IMG/VR virus record: IMGVR_UViG_3300032167_000010
DNA: 64,000 bases
Direction: 5' to 3' (one strand)
From: a virus
Taxonomy: Duplodnaviria > Heunggongvirae > Uroviricota > Caudoviricetes
Under the pieces are notes generated by a model. It was not told the DNA's origin, searched no databases, and saw only the letters and a list, made by a program, of their open reading frames with translations. Positions 20,020 to 29,906 of the stretch are shown here, one piece after another; the first letter of the stretch is position 1; each line of letters opens with the position of its first letter. The translations under genes were made by a program, and so were the position numbers.

Positions 20020-21888
20020 ATGTCAAGTGCAGGACTAAAGTATACCCTTAGCGGTAAAACATATGTATTGAGTAGTATAGGAACTTGTAAAGATACTAAC
20101 ATAGTTATCCCGGCCAAGCATCCAGATAATGGAAAAGCTATAACCAGCATAGGTAAAGAAGCATTTAAGGGCTGTACTTTTATTGAGAATATAAGCTTTG
20201 AGGATGATAGTGAATTAACATCTGTTGGTACATATGCGTTCACTGATTGCTCGTCACTCAAAAGCATAACAATACCAAAAAGTGTGAAAACTTTTAATAA
20301 CTATGCCTTTAAGGGCTGTACATCATTAGATGAAATAAAATATAAAGGCACAGTGTCTGAGTGGGCGGCAAAAATTAGCTTTTACAATCCACAAGCAAGC
20401 CCGTTTTGTAACCGTGATCCTAAAAAGAACAAAATTGAGCCCAGACTTTATGAATTTGATGAAAGCATTTCTGACTATATAGAAGTCACAGAAATAAATG
20501 AACATAATTTCACTGCTAGTAAGATCTCGGGTTATGCATTTTATAAATGTTACAGTCTAACAAGTGTAACAATACCAAACTGTGTGACAAACATTGGCAG
20601 AAGTGCTTTTTCTGGCTGCGAATTATTGGAAAACGTGAAAATAGATGGTGCGCCGACCGTTAGTGAAGGTATATTTTCATGTTGCTATAACTTAAAGTTT
20701 GTTACTATCAATAAAGGTCTAACCACTATAAGTAATAGTATGTTTTCTGACTGTCATAATCTACCTACTATAAACATTCCTGACAGTGTTACAAGTATAG
20801 GCAGTGAGGCGTTTAAGAATTGCTACATAGACTTAACCACTATAACCATTCCTGACAGTGTTACCAGTATAGGTAATAGAGCATTTTATGGATGTGGAGC
20901 ACTCATAGGTATTAGCTTTGGCAAAACCAGTGAGTTAACAAGTATAGGTGTTCAAGCGTTCTATAATTGCGACTCACTTACATCTATAACTATCCCAGAT
21001 AATGTAACAAGTATAGGTGATGATGCGTTCTCTGGCTGTATTAGTTTGACACATACATCGGAGACAGGATCAGGGGTATCCCGAAACTTAAAGTATATAG
21101 GTACTAGTAGTAACCCCTACTTATACTTAGTTGGTGTTATATTAAGTCAAACAAATCATATAACGTCTGCACAAATACATTATAAGTGTAGATATATAAA
21201 TAGTCAAACATTTAACAATTGTAGTTTATTAGCAAACATATATGTAGATGAAGATAATACAAATTATAAATCTATAGATGGTAATTTATATAGTATAGAT
21301 GGAACAACATTAATTACGTATGCAAGAGGTAAAAAAACTACATCATTTAGGATACCTAATACTGTAGAAAAAATAAATAATTTTGCATTTTGTAACTGTA
21401 TAAACTTAGCAAGTATAACAGTCCCTGATAGCGTAACGAGTATAGGCGAGTCAGCGTTCAGCGGTTGCAAGTCATTAATAAGTCTAATAATCCCAGATAG
21501 TGTGACAGGGATAAGTACTAATACCTTTATAAAATGTATATCATTAGAAAATATTGTAATAGGAAGCGGTATAGTAAGCATTGATAAGGACGCGTTTAAA
21601 GAGTGTGGCTTATTAACAAATATGGTATTACTAGGAGATACTCCGCCTACCTTAAGTGCAACACTGCCTAACAACATAAAATTATACTGTTATCCTGAAA
21701 ACTCAAATTCTTATAAAACGGCAACAAATTGGCAAGACTATTCAGATAACTTTATAGGAGATACTCTAAAAGTCACATTTGCGATTAATGCAGCAGTTCA
21801 AAAGAAACTATTTGAATCTAAAAAAAGCTTTAATGCTAGAATGCAAAGATTAGATGCTCAATTAGCTAGCCTCGAATCTACTAGATAA
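20020..21888 (+). CDS. BspA/TpLRR-family leucine-rich-repeat protein
   Basis: IPDSVTSIG repeats; N- and C-termini paralogous to 9458..12469. Confidence 0.9.
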   Translation: MSSAGLKYTLSGKTYVLSSIGTCKDTNIVIPAKHPDNGKAITSIGKEAFKGCTFIENISFEDDSELTSVGTYAFTDCSSLKSITIPKSVKTFNNYAFKGCTSLDEIKYKGTVSEWAAKISFYNPQASPFCNRDPKKNKIEPRLYEFDESISDYIEVTEINEHNFTASKISGYAFYKCYSLTSVTIPNCVTNIGRSAFSGCELLENVKIDGAPTVSEGIFSCCYNLKFVTINKGLTTISNSMFSDCHNLPTINIPDSVTSIGSEAFKNCYIDLTTITIPDSVTSIGNRAFYGCGALIGISFGKTSELTSIGVQAFYNCDSLTSITIPDNVTSIGDDAFSGCISLTHTSETGSGVSRNLKYIGTSSNPYLYLVGVILSQTNHITSAQIHYKCRYINSQTFNNCSLLANIYVDEDNTNYKSIDGNLYSIDGTTLITYARGKKTTSFRIPNTVEKINNFAFCNCINLASITVPDSVTSIGESAFSGCKSLISLIIPDSVTGISTNTFIKCISLENIVIGSGIVSIDKDAFKECGLLTNMVLLGDTPPTLSATLPNNIKLYCYPENSNSYKTATNWQDYSDNFIGDTLKVTFAINAAVQKKLFESKKSFNARMQRLDAQLASLESTR

Positions 21889-21906
21889 AAATGGAGGTAT
21901 TAATTA

Positions 21907-21999
21907 ATGAGAATGGTTTTATACATTAGGGGTAAAAGATACAAAGTCATTTTAGCAGATGAAACTTATAACATTTATATACCTCAAGAACCTAATTAA
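21907..21999 (+). CDS. Putative 30-aa protein MRMVLYIRGKRYKVILADETYNIYIPQEPN
   Basis: GGAGGT RBS; lies between the LRR gene and a terminator. Confidence 0.4.
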   Translation: MRMVLYIRGKRYKVILADETYNIYIPQEPN

Positions 22000-22020
22000 A
22001 AATAAAAATTAAATATTAAT

Positions 22021-22068
22021 AAACTCAGAGTAAAATTTATTATAATAAACGCTCTGAGTTTTATTTTT
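22021..22068 (+). terminator. Intrinsic terminator
   Basis: AAACTCAGAG/CTCTGAGTTT stem followed by a T tract. Confidence 0.7.
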
Positions 22069-22132
22069 ATTAAATCTATTACAAGTATTAGCTAAATTAT
22101 GTGTAAAGGTTAATAAGAAAGGACTGATTAAT

Positions 22133-22960
22133 ATGAAATATAGTTCAAGTAATCGGCCGTTTGTTTGTATGCAAACACAGAGTACTTGCTATAAAGAAAC
22201 TTCTAAGATGCAGATAAAAGGCATTTTATGGCACTCTACGGGAGCTAATAACCCGTACTTAAAAAGATATATACAACCTAGTGAACGTCGTCCAGAAGGC
22301 GATTCTTGGACTCGTAGTGAAGGTTTAAAGATACTTGGAAAAAATAAGTATCAAAATGATTGGAACCATATTGATATAAAGGCAGGAGTTACTGGTTGGA
22401 TAGGAAAACTTGCAGACGGAACAGTAGAAACTATTCAAACTCTACCTTGGAATTATAGGCCTTGGGGTTGCGGAAGCGGTTTAAAAGGGTCTTGCAATGA
22501 CGGTTGGATTCAACTAGAAATATGTGAAGACGATTTAAAAAATAAAGACTACTTTAGTAAAGTTTATAATGAAGCTTGCGAGGTTACTGCCTACCTATGT
22601 AAAATGTATGACATTAATCCCAAAGGAATAGTTCTACATAACGGAATAATGGTTCCAACTATACTATGTCATCAAGACAGTTATAAACTAGGGCTTGGAA
22701 GTAATCACGCGGATATCTACCACTGGTTTCTTAAATATAATAAAGATATGAACACTGTTAGACAGGACGTTAGTACTTTATTAAAAGAATCAACAATTAA
22801 AAAATTATATCGAGTACGAAAAAATAAGAATGATGCTAAGTCACAAATAGGGGCTTTTTCTTCCTTATCTAATGCTAAAACTGCTTGTAAAAAAGCGGGA
22901 TCTGGCTATAAAGTATTTGATTGGAATTGGAAAATTATTTATACAAGTAAATCTAATTAA
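22133..22960 (+). CDS. Endolysin, N-acetylmuramoyl-L-alanine amidase (Amidase_2) with C-terminal cell-wall-binding domain
   Basis: ILWHSTGANN, QTLPW..WGCG, IQLEICED and CHQD..HAD motifs; C-terminal YRVRK..QIGAFSSLSNA. Confidence 0.85.
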   Translation: MKYSSSNRPFVCMQTQSTCYKETSKMQIKGILWHSTGANNPYLKRYIQPSERRPEGDSWTRSEGLKILGKNKYQNDWNHIDIKAGVTGWIGKLADGTVETIQTLPWNYRPWGCGSGLKGSCNDGWIQLEICEDDLKNKDYFSKVYNEACEVTAYLCKMYDINPKGIVLHNGIMVPTILCHQDSYKLGLGSNHADIYHWFLKYNKDMNTVRQDVSTLLKESTIKKLYRVRKNKNDAKSQIGAFSSLSNAKTACKKAGSGYKVFDWNWKIIYTSKSN

Positions 22961-22975
22961 AGTGAGGTAATTACT

Positions 22976-23365
22976 ATGGATCGGTTAAACATTTTAGGAC
23001 AAGTTTTTGAGCTTTTAGTTTTTCCTGTACTCATTGCTGCTGCTGGCTATTTTGTAAGCTGGATATCTGCTAAGAAAGCTGAAATTAAAGCAAAAACAAA
23101 AAATGAAACAGTTGCAAAGTACGTCGATATGCTTGATAAAACTATTTCTGAGTGTGTTTTATCTACGACACAAACTTATGTAGACGCACTTAAGAAAGAA
23201 GGTAAATTTGACGCTGAAGCACAAAAACATGCATTTACCCTAACTTTTGATGCGGTTATGGCTATTTTAACGGATGACGCTAAAGAATATCTAAGTGAAG
23301 CTACTAACGATTTGACTACTTTTATTGGCAGTAAGATTGAAGCCAGCGTTAAAGTTAATAAATAA
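22976..23365 (+). CDS. Holin-like protein (LL-H-like)
   Basis: Single N-terminal hydrophobic helix; directly follows the endolysin. Confidence 0.6.
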   Translation: MDRLNILGQVFELLVFPVLIAAAGYFVSWISAKKAEIKAKTKNETVAKYVDMLDKTISECVLSTTQTYVDALKKEGKFDAEAQKHAFTLTFDAVMAILTDDAKEYLSEATNDLTTFIGSKIEASVKVNK

Positions 23366-23406
23366 TAATTAACGTTAAATCTATGAGTGAAAGGCAAACT
23401 TAAGTT

Positions 23407-24081
23407 ATGATCAAGTTTAGAAGAGGAAGTACTACAAGCTGGCGTGGCACTAAGACAAAGTTAGAGCCAGGCCAGCCTGGTTATGACAAAACTAAACATA
23501 AGATAAAAGTAGGCGACGGAGAAACTTCGTGGTCTGATTTACCATACTCAAGTGGTTTATTTACTGAAGAAATTCTTGACTCTGAAGCTAATGCAAAAAA
23601 CAGATTCAATAAAACTAAAAATGAGTCTATCTATGAGCAAGATAAAACTATTATCACTTATGGAAAAGACGCTCCCGGTGATGACACTATCGGTCAAATT
23701 TACTTACAACAAACTGACGAGCCAGAAGTGGACTATGTAGTGGAATCTGGTATCAATGGTATTTGGTCTTACCAAAAATGGAAGTCTGGTATTGCAAAGT
23801 GTTGGTGTACCTATTCTTTGACAGCTAATGTACAAGAACCTTTCGAGTCAGGTGCGCTTTTCTATGGGAGTGGCGGAGGTAGGATTAGTTATCCTTTTAC
23901 TTTCACAAATACACCTACTGAGATTGCTACCTTACAGAGTTCAGGTGGACTTGCTTGGCTAGCTAATTCTAGTGCGAATACGAAAAATGCTTCTGGAAGC
24001 TATGCAATTATTAGTCCTAATGCGGAATTAGCTACCACTGCTTATAATATTTCACTACAGGTTGAAGGTTTCTGGAGATAA
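23407..24081 (+). CDS. Minor structural protein with Mtd_N-like N-terminus
   Basis: RRGSTTSW..KIKVGDG..WSDLPY; C-terminal YQKWKSGIAKCW motif. Confidence 0.6.
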   Translation: MIKFRRGSTTSWRGTKTKLEPGQPGYDKTKHKIKVGDGETSWSDLPYSSGLFTEEILDSEANAKNRFNKTKNESIYEQDKTIITYGKDAPGDDTIGQIYLQQTDEPEVDYVVESGINGIWSYQKWKSGIAKCWCTYSLTANVQEPFESGALFYGSGGGRISYPFTFTNTPTEIATLQSSGGLAWLANSSANTKNASGSYAIISPNAELATTAYNISLQVEGFWR

Positions 24082-24093
24082 TAGGAGGCTTTT

Positions 24094-25164
24094 ATGTCGA
24101 CAACAATAACTAAAATTGGACATGCCTCTATTAGTGAGCAAGGTTCTATTAATGGTATTGCAGGCGATTCTACTGGTAATGAAGTTTGTATGGTAGACAA
24201 CTACAATATTTCTAGAATACAACCTTATATTGTATTACGTCCAAAAACTACTGCATTAGCCAATGCTTCTGTTGAGGCATGTAAAGCCGGGTGCAATAAT
24301 AATCATATAGGTTATTCACAGAATACCAGAAACACTTTAAATAACTATGCAAAAGTGGTTAATTATGACTTGACAAAAGTCTTAGTTAATTGTAATACCG
24401 ACTGTTCAGCTTTTATGACAGTGTGTGCAATAGCAGGTGGTGCTAAGATTGAATATGGTTCAAATGCACCAACAACCTCTAATATGCGTACACGATTTAA
24501 ACAGTCCGGCTATTATACAGTCTTAACTGACACTAAGTATACAACGCAGACCGATTATTTAAAACCTGGTGACATCTTAGTACGAGAAGGTCATCATACA
24601 ATAATGGTTTTAGAAAATGGTAGTGTTATTATAGATGATGAAGAAGAAACTGTAGAGCCAGTAGTACCAGAAGAATCTGAAGACCCTACATTACCTAGCG
24701 GAATAACTACACTAGTAAAAATTACTACTCGTTCAGCTGAATTAAGCTTGAACAAAATAGAAAGTACAAAAGCTTCTATAAATATTAAAATAATAGAACA
24801 AAAAACTGGTTCGACAGCTAAGATTATGAATGCTGATAAAGTAGCTAAATATACTTGGACTTATCGACTAGAAAATCTTTCTAACAATACAAAAACAACT
24901 AAAGATTTATCGATTAGTTCTGGCACACAGACTCTAAACTTAAATAATCTCACCAAGGAAACTGCGTATGCTATGCAAGTTTTTGCGGTAAAGGGTGGAA
25001 AACCTGCATTTTGTTCGTCAAAAATGTTATTTATAACAAGTATGAATGCAGTAGAAAAAGTGCCAGAAAAACAAAAATTTACTGGTGACTCTGTAAATGT
25101 TATAAATCAAATTTATATAAAAGTAAATAATAAATATCAACCTGCAATAATTTATAAAATATAA
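24094..25164 (+). CDS. NlpC/P60/CHAP-like peptidoglycan peptidase with C-terminal beta domain
   Basis: GYSQ..R, TDCSAF and GDILVREGHHT motifs (catalytic Cys/His pattern). Confidence 0.7.
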   Translation: MSTTITKIGHASISEQGSINGIAGDSTGNEVCMVDNYNISRIQPYIVLRPKTTALANASVEACKAGCNNNHIGYSQNTRNTLNNYAKVVNYDLTKVLVNCNTDCSAFMTVCAIAGGAKIEYGSNAPTTSNMRTRFKQSGYYTVLTDTKYTTQTDYLKPGDILVREGHHTIMVLENGSVIIDDEEETVEPVVPEESEDPTLPSGITTLVKITTRSAELSLNKIESTKASINIKIIEQKTGSTAKIMNADKVAKYTWTYRLENLSNNTKTTKDLSISSGTQTLNLNNLTKETAYAMQVFAVKGGKPAFCSSKMLFITSMNAVEKVPEKQKFTGDSVNVINQIYIKVNNKYQPAIIYKI

Positions 25165-25168
25165 AGGA

Positions 25169-26809
25169 GTGGTTAAAGTGGTTACGCTGTGGATAGGCGA
25201 TTTTAGAATAAAACAGTTACAAAATACTTATAAGGCCGTACAACAGGCCGCTGAATACCACTATCTTATTGAAGACCAGGCAGAATATTCATGGTTTAAC
25301 AACAGCGCACTCCCACAAATACAAAACATGACGCTAGAAGAAGCTAACTTAGTAATTATGCTCGGATTTGTTGATTGTATATATAGCAGTGTGTGGTCTT
25401 CTTTTAAAGTAAATAAATTAGCTGAGCAATATGCTGAGGCAATTAATAATTTTGCAAGTAGATATACTAATTTTAATGTTTATGTTTGTACGGTAAATCC
25501 AATTAACGGTAATTATCCCTTTGTTACAGGAGGTAATAACTTTATTACTGAAAGTGATCTTACCAAAAAAATTGAGTTATTTAATAGAACACTTAAAAGT
25601 AAGTGCACTACAACGGTTATAGATAGTTATAAATATTTGACGAATACTAGTTTTAATACTCTCGATGGCATTCGATATTTGTCAGATACCTGTACCGCGC
25701 TACACAACTATATTACAGCCAATTTCAAGTCGAATAGCTTAGCCTACTTTTCACCTAGATTAGTTGCTCCAAATTCAGAAGGAGACTCCTCATTGTATTG
25801 GACGGAAATTAATCCATATCCAGCACTGCCTAACTGTGCGGCATATGCTTGGGGCAGATTTTATGAAATTATTGACGAAGAGCCAAAGTTAAGTACGGAA
25901 TCTGTAGAAAAATGGTATTCTTACACTGCAGATGGCTATCAACGAGGACAAGAACCTAGAGTTGGAGCTATTGCTTGCTGGAATAACTTCGTAGCAGTAG
26001 TAGAACAAATAAGGGATGATGAAAGCATTATAACGTCAGAGAGTGGCTGGAATTCTACAGATAACTCCGATATTTGGCAACAAAGAGAACGTACAAATGA
26101 GAATGAAAATTGGGGCCAGATTGATGGTACATTTCAAGGATTTATCTACTGCCCTAAAATAGAAGTAGACACTTCACCAAAAATAAGTAATTTTAAAGTT
26201 GATAAATGTCTTGCTACTGAAGCAACAATTTCTTTTTTAGCTAGTAACTGTAAAACTACTAAATATACTGCGTTAAAAGGTGGAATAAAAATTAAAAGTA
26301 GTACATTTTCTAACAATGGCTATAAGACTATTAGGTTAACTGGGTTGATACCAAACACAACGTATAAATTAACTTTAGAGGCCCAGAATAAAGAAGGGGA
26401 CTCCACATCGCATGAGTTATTATTTACAACTAAACAAGACCCACCGTCAAGTGTAGCCGGTGTAAAAATTAGTATAAATAATGATAGTGAATTTACTTTA
26501 GAAATAAGTAGACCCACATATTTAGGCCATTGGGGTAAAAATAGTGGCTATACTATACAGTTAATAGTTAATAATAAGACAGTTAAAACTATTACAGAAA
26601 ATAATGCGGATACAGATAAAAAATTATCTAATTTCACTTTAAAAAATAAATTTAATTATGTCGCTAATAATGGGGATAACATTCAAATTGGAGTGCGAGT
26701 TTGGGTGAAAGATAATAATGACACAAAAATTTATGATAATCAAAAAGCAAAAACTTCAAATGCTATTTGTTTAATGCAAAAGCCGGTAAAGCTTTATCTA
26801 AATAAATAG
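25169..26809 (+). CDS. SGNH-like + CHAP-like + FnIII-like multidomain protein
   Basis: LPNCAAYAWGRF, GAIACW, VAVVEQ, SESGW and FQGFIY motifs; LTGLIPNTTY FnIII-like segment. Confidence 0.65.
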   Translation: MVKVVTLWIGDFRIKQLQNTYKAVQQAAEYHYLIEDQAEYSWFNNSALPQIQNMTLEEANLVIMLGFVDCIYSSVWSSFKVNKLAEQYAEAINNFASRYTNFNVYVCTVNPINGNYPFVTGGNNFITESDLTKKIELFNRTLKSKCTTTVIDSYKYLTNTSFNTLDGIRYLSDTCTALHNYITANFKSNSLAYFSPRLVAPNSEGDSSLYWTEINPYPALPNCAAYAWGRFYEIIDEEPKLSTESVEKWYSYTADGYQRGQEPRVGAIACWNNFVAVVEQIRDDESIITSESGWNSTDNSDIWQQRERTNENENWGQIDGTFQGFIYCPKIEVDTSPKISNFKVDKCLATEATISFLASNCKTTKYTALKGGIKIKSSTFSNNGYKTIRLTGLIPNTTYKLTLEAQNKEGDSTSHELLFTTKQDPPSSVAGVKISINNDSEFTLEISRPTYLGHWGKNSGYTIQLIVNNKTVKTITENNADTDKKLSNFTLKNKFNYVANNGDNIQIGVRVWVKDNNDTKIYDNQKAKTSNAICLMQKPVKLYLNK

Positions 26810-26854
26810 ATTTGCTAAATTATATATAAAATAAAATTTCTTTGTGAGGATTTT

Positions 26855-28768
26855 ATGGAAGATAAGATTAAAAATAAGTTAATAGAAGGTCTTCAGGACA
26901 ATAAAGAATTAAAAAATACTATAAATTTTGAAGGTACTGAAGAATATAACATTAATGCTGTAACTGCTGATGTCGCTAGATACACAAAGGCTGACTTAAT
27001 ATTAAAACCATCTTTAGGAGAAGGTATTAACCTTACTAATGACGAGAAGAATATCAGAAACGGTATATTTGACGGTAATGAAGATAGAGTTATAAATTAC
27101 GTGCCTTCTGATGGCGGTACTTTTACTGGTCCTGTACAGATTAATGTGAATAAGACATCTGTAGACGGTGTAGGTGTTAATGAAATTATTAACCGAGGCC
27201 AAATGGAAACTGTTATATCGCAGTTAGACGGTGCACCTCTATATACATGGGATGTGAGTGCAGGTTACAACGCGGTAGAGAACGATGACGAAGTGCCTTA
27301 TAAGTTAAATACAGTTATAGGAAGTATAGAAGACCTTCCAATTTTTGAGGCTTTTGCTAGTGGCGAAGCTCATAACAAATATGTAACACCGGATAGTTTT
27401 GATAATGCTTATATAATATATGGTAGTACATATGACGATGCTTATTTTAATCAAGCATATAATGATGTAAGAGATACTATAACAAAACTAGTATTTAAAG
27501 GAACTCTTAGTACCGAAGCTGACAGAGTAAGAATACGTGCTGGTGAATTTTATGCAGATGGGTATCAAGACGGCTCACCATATGGCTTTACAAATCTTGA
27601 AACTGTATATATTAATCCGGGAGCTTACTGGATAGATAATGGTGTTTTTAGGGGGTGTAGAAAGCTAACAACAGTAGACATTCCTGATAGTATTGAAAAG
27701 ATTGGTAAAAAGGCCTTTGAAGGCTGTACTAAACTAACTAATATTGTTCTTGGAAGCAATATAAAGGAAATACAATCAGAAGCATTTATAGGTTGTACAA
27801 GTCTTAAAAGTATAGCTATATGTAATAACGAGGTAACAATAGCTTCAAACGCTTTTTCTGGTTGTACTGCCTTAAAGAAAGTATATTTTAAAGGTACTCA
27901 AGCTGAGTGGAAAACACTTACAAGTGGTAATAGCCTGTTAAACAATCTAGAAGTTGTTACTATTAGTGATACAGCTTTCCCATTTTTATATATTTGTAAA
28001 ACCGACGAAAAGGATACATCACTTACTTCAAATAAGATGTTCTTAAAACTACCAAACGAACCTTTGGTAGAAATTTCTAAAGGCGCAGTTCGTTTAGAAC
28101 GTAGAGATAGTAAAACAAGCGGTAATGTAGACTACTTTACTTATGATGTTTTAGCTGCTGTTATTGCAGGTATAAACTCTAGAATAACTGCATTAGGCAG
28201 TACAGCTTTAGCACTTCCTGAAAAACTTACAGTACATGATGAGACGGGTAATACAGTAGTTCTAGATATACCAGTTAACGTTGTTTCTGATGAAGCAGAT
28301 ACACTTATAGTAAAAGAGGCTGTTGTACCAGATGTAGACGAATTACAAGGTCAGCTTACGAAAGTAACAGGTAGAGACAGATGTGTTACACCAATAGAAG
28401 AAACAATATCTATAGCTATAAAAGAGCCAGCGCTTGATGATAATGGCGATGTGTTGACAGATGAAGATGGTAATATAATTTATGATGAGACGAAGACCCG
28501 TTATGAAAATCATACTAAAGTAGTTGGTCATGATGTAACGTATACTGACCCCAGTGAATACACAGGTGATATAACATCTGTTTTACAGGCAAAAGCAGAT
28601 GAAGTCGGTAGAAATATTCAAACTGGCTATTATCAAAAAACACAAAATGAATTTACTAGCAGTTCTTCTGCTAATACTATTACAATATCAAGTGCAGATC
28701 CTACTGATTCAACGCCGGGGCAGATTGGTGATATAATGATTGTAATTAATACTGGAGATGGAGAGTAG
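26855..28768 (+). CDS. Structural protein with central BspA LRRs
   Basis: IPDSIEKIGKKAFEGCTKL repeats. Confidence 0.7.
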   Translation: MEDKIKNKLIEGLQDNKELKNTINFEGTEEYNINAVTADVARYTKADLILKPSLGEGINLTNDEKNIRNGIFDGNEDRVINYVPSDGGTFTGPVQINVNKTSVDGVGVNEIINRGQMETVISQLDGAPLYTWDVSAGYNAVENDDEVPYKLNTVIGSIEDLPIFEAFASGEAHNKYVTPDSFDNAYIIYGSTYDDAYFNQAYNDVRDTITKLVFKGTLSTEADRVRIRAGEFYADGYQDGSPYGFTNLETVYINPGAYWIDNGVFRGCRKLTTVDIPDSIEKIGKKAFEGCTKLTNIVLGSNIKEIQSEAFIGCTSLKSIAICNNEVTIASNAFSGCTALKKVYFKGTQAEWKTLTSGNSLLNNLEVVTISDTAFPFLYICKTDEKDTSLTSNKMFLKLPNEPLVEISKGAVRLERRDSKTSGNVDYFTYDVLAAVIAGINSRITALGSTALALPEKLTVHDETGNTVVLDIPVNVVSDEADTLIVKEAVVPDVDELQGQLTKVTGRDRCVTPIEETISIAIKEPALDDNGDVLTDEDGNIIYDETKTRYENHTKVVGHDVTYTDPSEYTGDITSVLQAKADEVGRNIQTGYYQKTQNEFTSSSSANTITISSADPTDSTPGQIGDIMIVINTGDGE

Positions 28769-28773
28769 AAGTA

Positions 28774-29148
28774 ATGTCAACTAGAATAATTAAAATCAAT
28801 CGTGGTGATTCGTTTGAACTACCCGTAATAATTCCAAGAAAAGACGACTATACGAAACCTTATTTCTTGACGAGTGGAGACGCCCTGTATTTTGCATTAA
28901 TGTATCCTAATCAACGTTTTGAAGATGCGATTTTTATAAAAGGGTACACACTCGAAGAGCAGGATGTTAAAACAGGTGAAATTATTGTGAAGATTGTTCC
29001 TAATGATACGAGAGCTCTTACGCCTGGTGTATATTATTACACTGCTAAGTTACAAAGAGGCGGCACATTGGAAGATATTACTGACTTTGATGAGCCTGAT
29101 GAAGTTAGAACAATAATTGAAAGAACTAAGTTTATTATTAATGAATAA
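28774..29148 (+). CDS. BppU-N-like baseplate/fibre adaptor protein
   Basis: INRGDSF..IVKIVPNDT..LTPGVYYY pattern. Confidence 0.5.
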   Translation: MSTRIIKINRGDSFELPVIIPRKDDYTKPYFLTSGDALYFALMYPNQRFEDAIFIKGYTLEEQDVKTGEIIVKIVPNDTRALTPGVYYYTAKLQRGGTLEDITDFDEPDEVRTIIERTKFIINE

Positions 29149-29167
29149 ATTTTAGTATAAAATATCG

Positions 29168-29267
29168 TATATATAAATATATTTATAAATAATATAAAAT
29201 ATAATAATATATATATTATAATATAAATATATAAAATAATGATTAAATATATTATATATTTTATTAA
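29168..29267. other. 100-nt A/T tract containing a single G; candidate origin/DNA-unwinding element
   Basis: Only G29241 interrupts it; sits at a module boundary. Confidence 0.5.
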
Positions 29268-29300
29268 GACGCAGAGTAATTTTTGCGTCTTTTTATTTTT
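29266..29300 (+). terminator. Intrinsic terminator
   Basis: AAGACGCA/TGCGTCTT stem followed by a T tract. Confidence 0.7.
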
Positions 29301-29384
29301 TAAATTTATTTAGCAAAATACGTTAAATTGTGTTGTATTATATATTAGATAATGTTTCGTTATTATAAAATTTTGGAGTAAATT

Positions 29385-29708
29385 ATGGAAAAACACGAAG
29401 AATACCTTTTATCAATTGTAAAATATCAGCAGGAAATTATTGATAAATATAAAGAGTATATTGAAGAAATGATTCATAAAGAAATTATAGAGAGTGTTCG
29501 AGATATTGATGTCTTTGATCCTACTAATCGTCTTTCACTTAAACAAATTAGTATTCCTGAATCAACTTTTGCGGTCAGGTGTGACCCTTGGACGTTAAGA
29601 AAATGGGAATGGTTAAAAATGGAAACGCCGATAATGAATTATAATAAAATTGCTCTTATAGCGCAGGAGATTAAAGAAGATGAATACAGAAAGACTAATT
29701 CAAATTAA
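29385..29708 (+). CDS. Hypothetical protein
   Basis: 107 aa, GGAG RBS, downstream of a TGTATTATAT motif. Confidence 0.6.
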   Translation: MEKHEEYLLSIVKYQQEIIDKYKEYIEEMIHKEIIESVRDIDVFDPTNRLSLKQISIPESTFAVRCDPWTLRKWEWLKMETPIMNYNKIALIAQEIKEDEYRKTNSN

Positions 29709-29904
29709 AAATTATTATGTGGAAGGTATTCCTAGTAAAGAAGACTTAGAACAAGCTAAACAAATCTGTATTGAAGAAAATTGTGTTATTGAACTTAGTT
29801 GGTGTCCAAGTGTTTATGCTGGTTGGCATAGTGTCTTTATTAAACAAGATTCAGATATTGATTACTTATATGAGCGTAAAGTACCTCGTGTTTATGGAGT
29901 TTAA
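29680..29904 (+). CDS. Hypothetical protein
   Basis: 74 aa, AGGAG RBS, overlaps the upstream gene. Confidence 0.55.
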   Translation: MNTERLIQIKNYYVEGIPSKEDLEQAKQICIEENCVIELSWCPSVYAGWHSVFIKQDSDIDYLYERKVPRVYGV

Positions 29905-29906
29905 AT

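Noticed and set aside
9458-21888. Diversity-generating retroelement acting on the LRR genes
   Set aside because: No reverse transcriptase in the window, and I found no TR/VR pair differing only at adenines; the repeats are exact or generally divergent.
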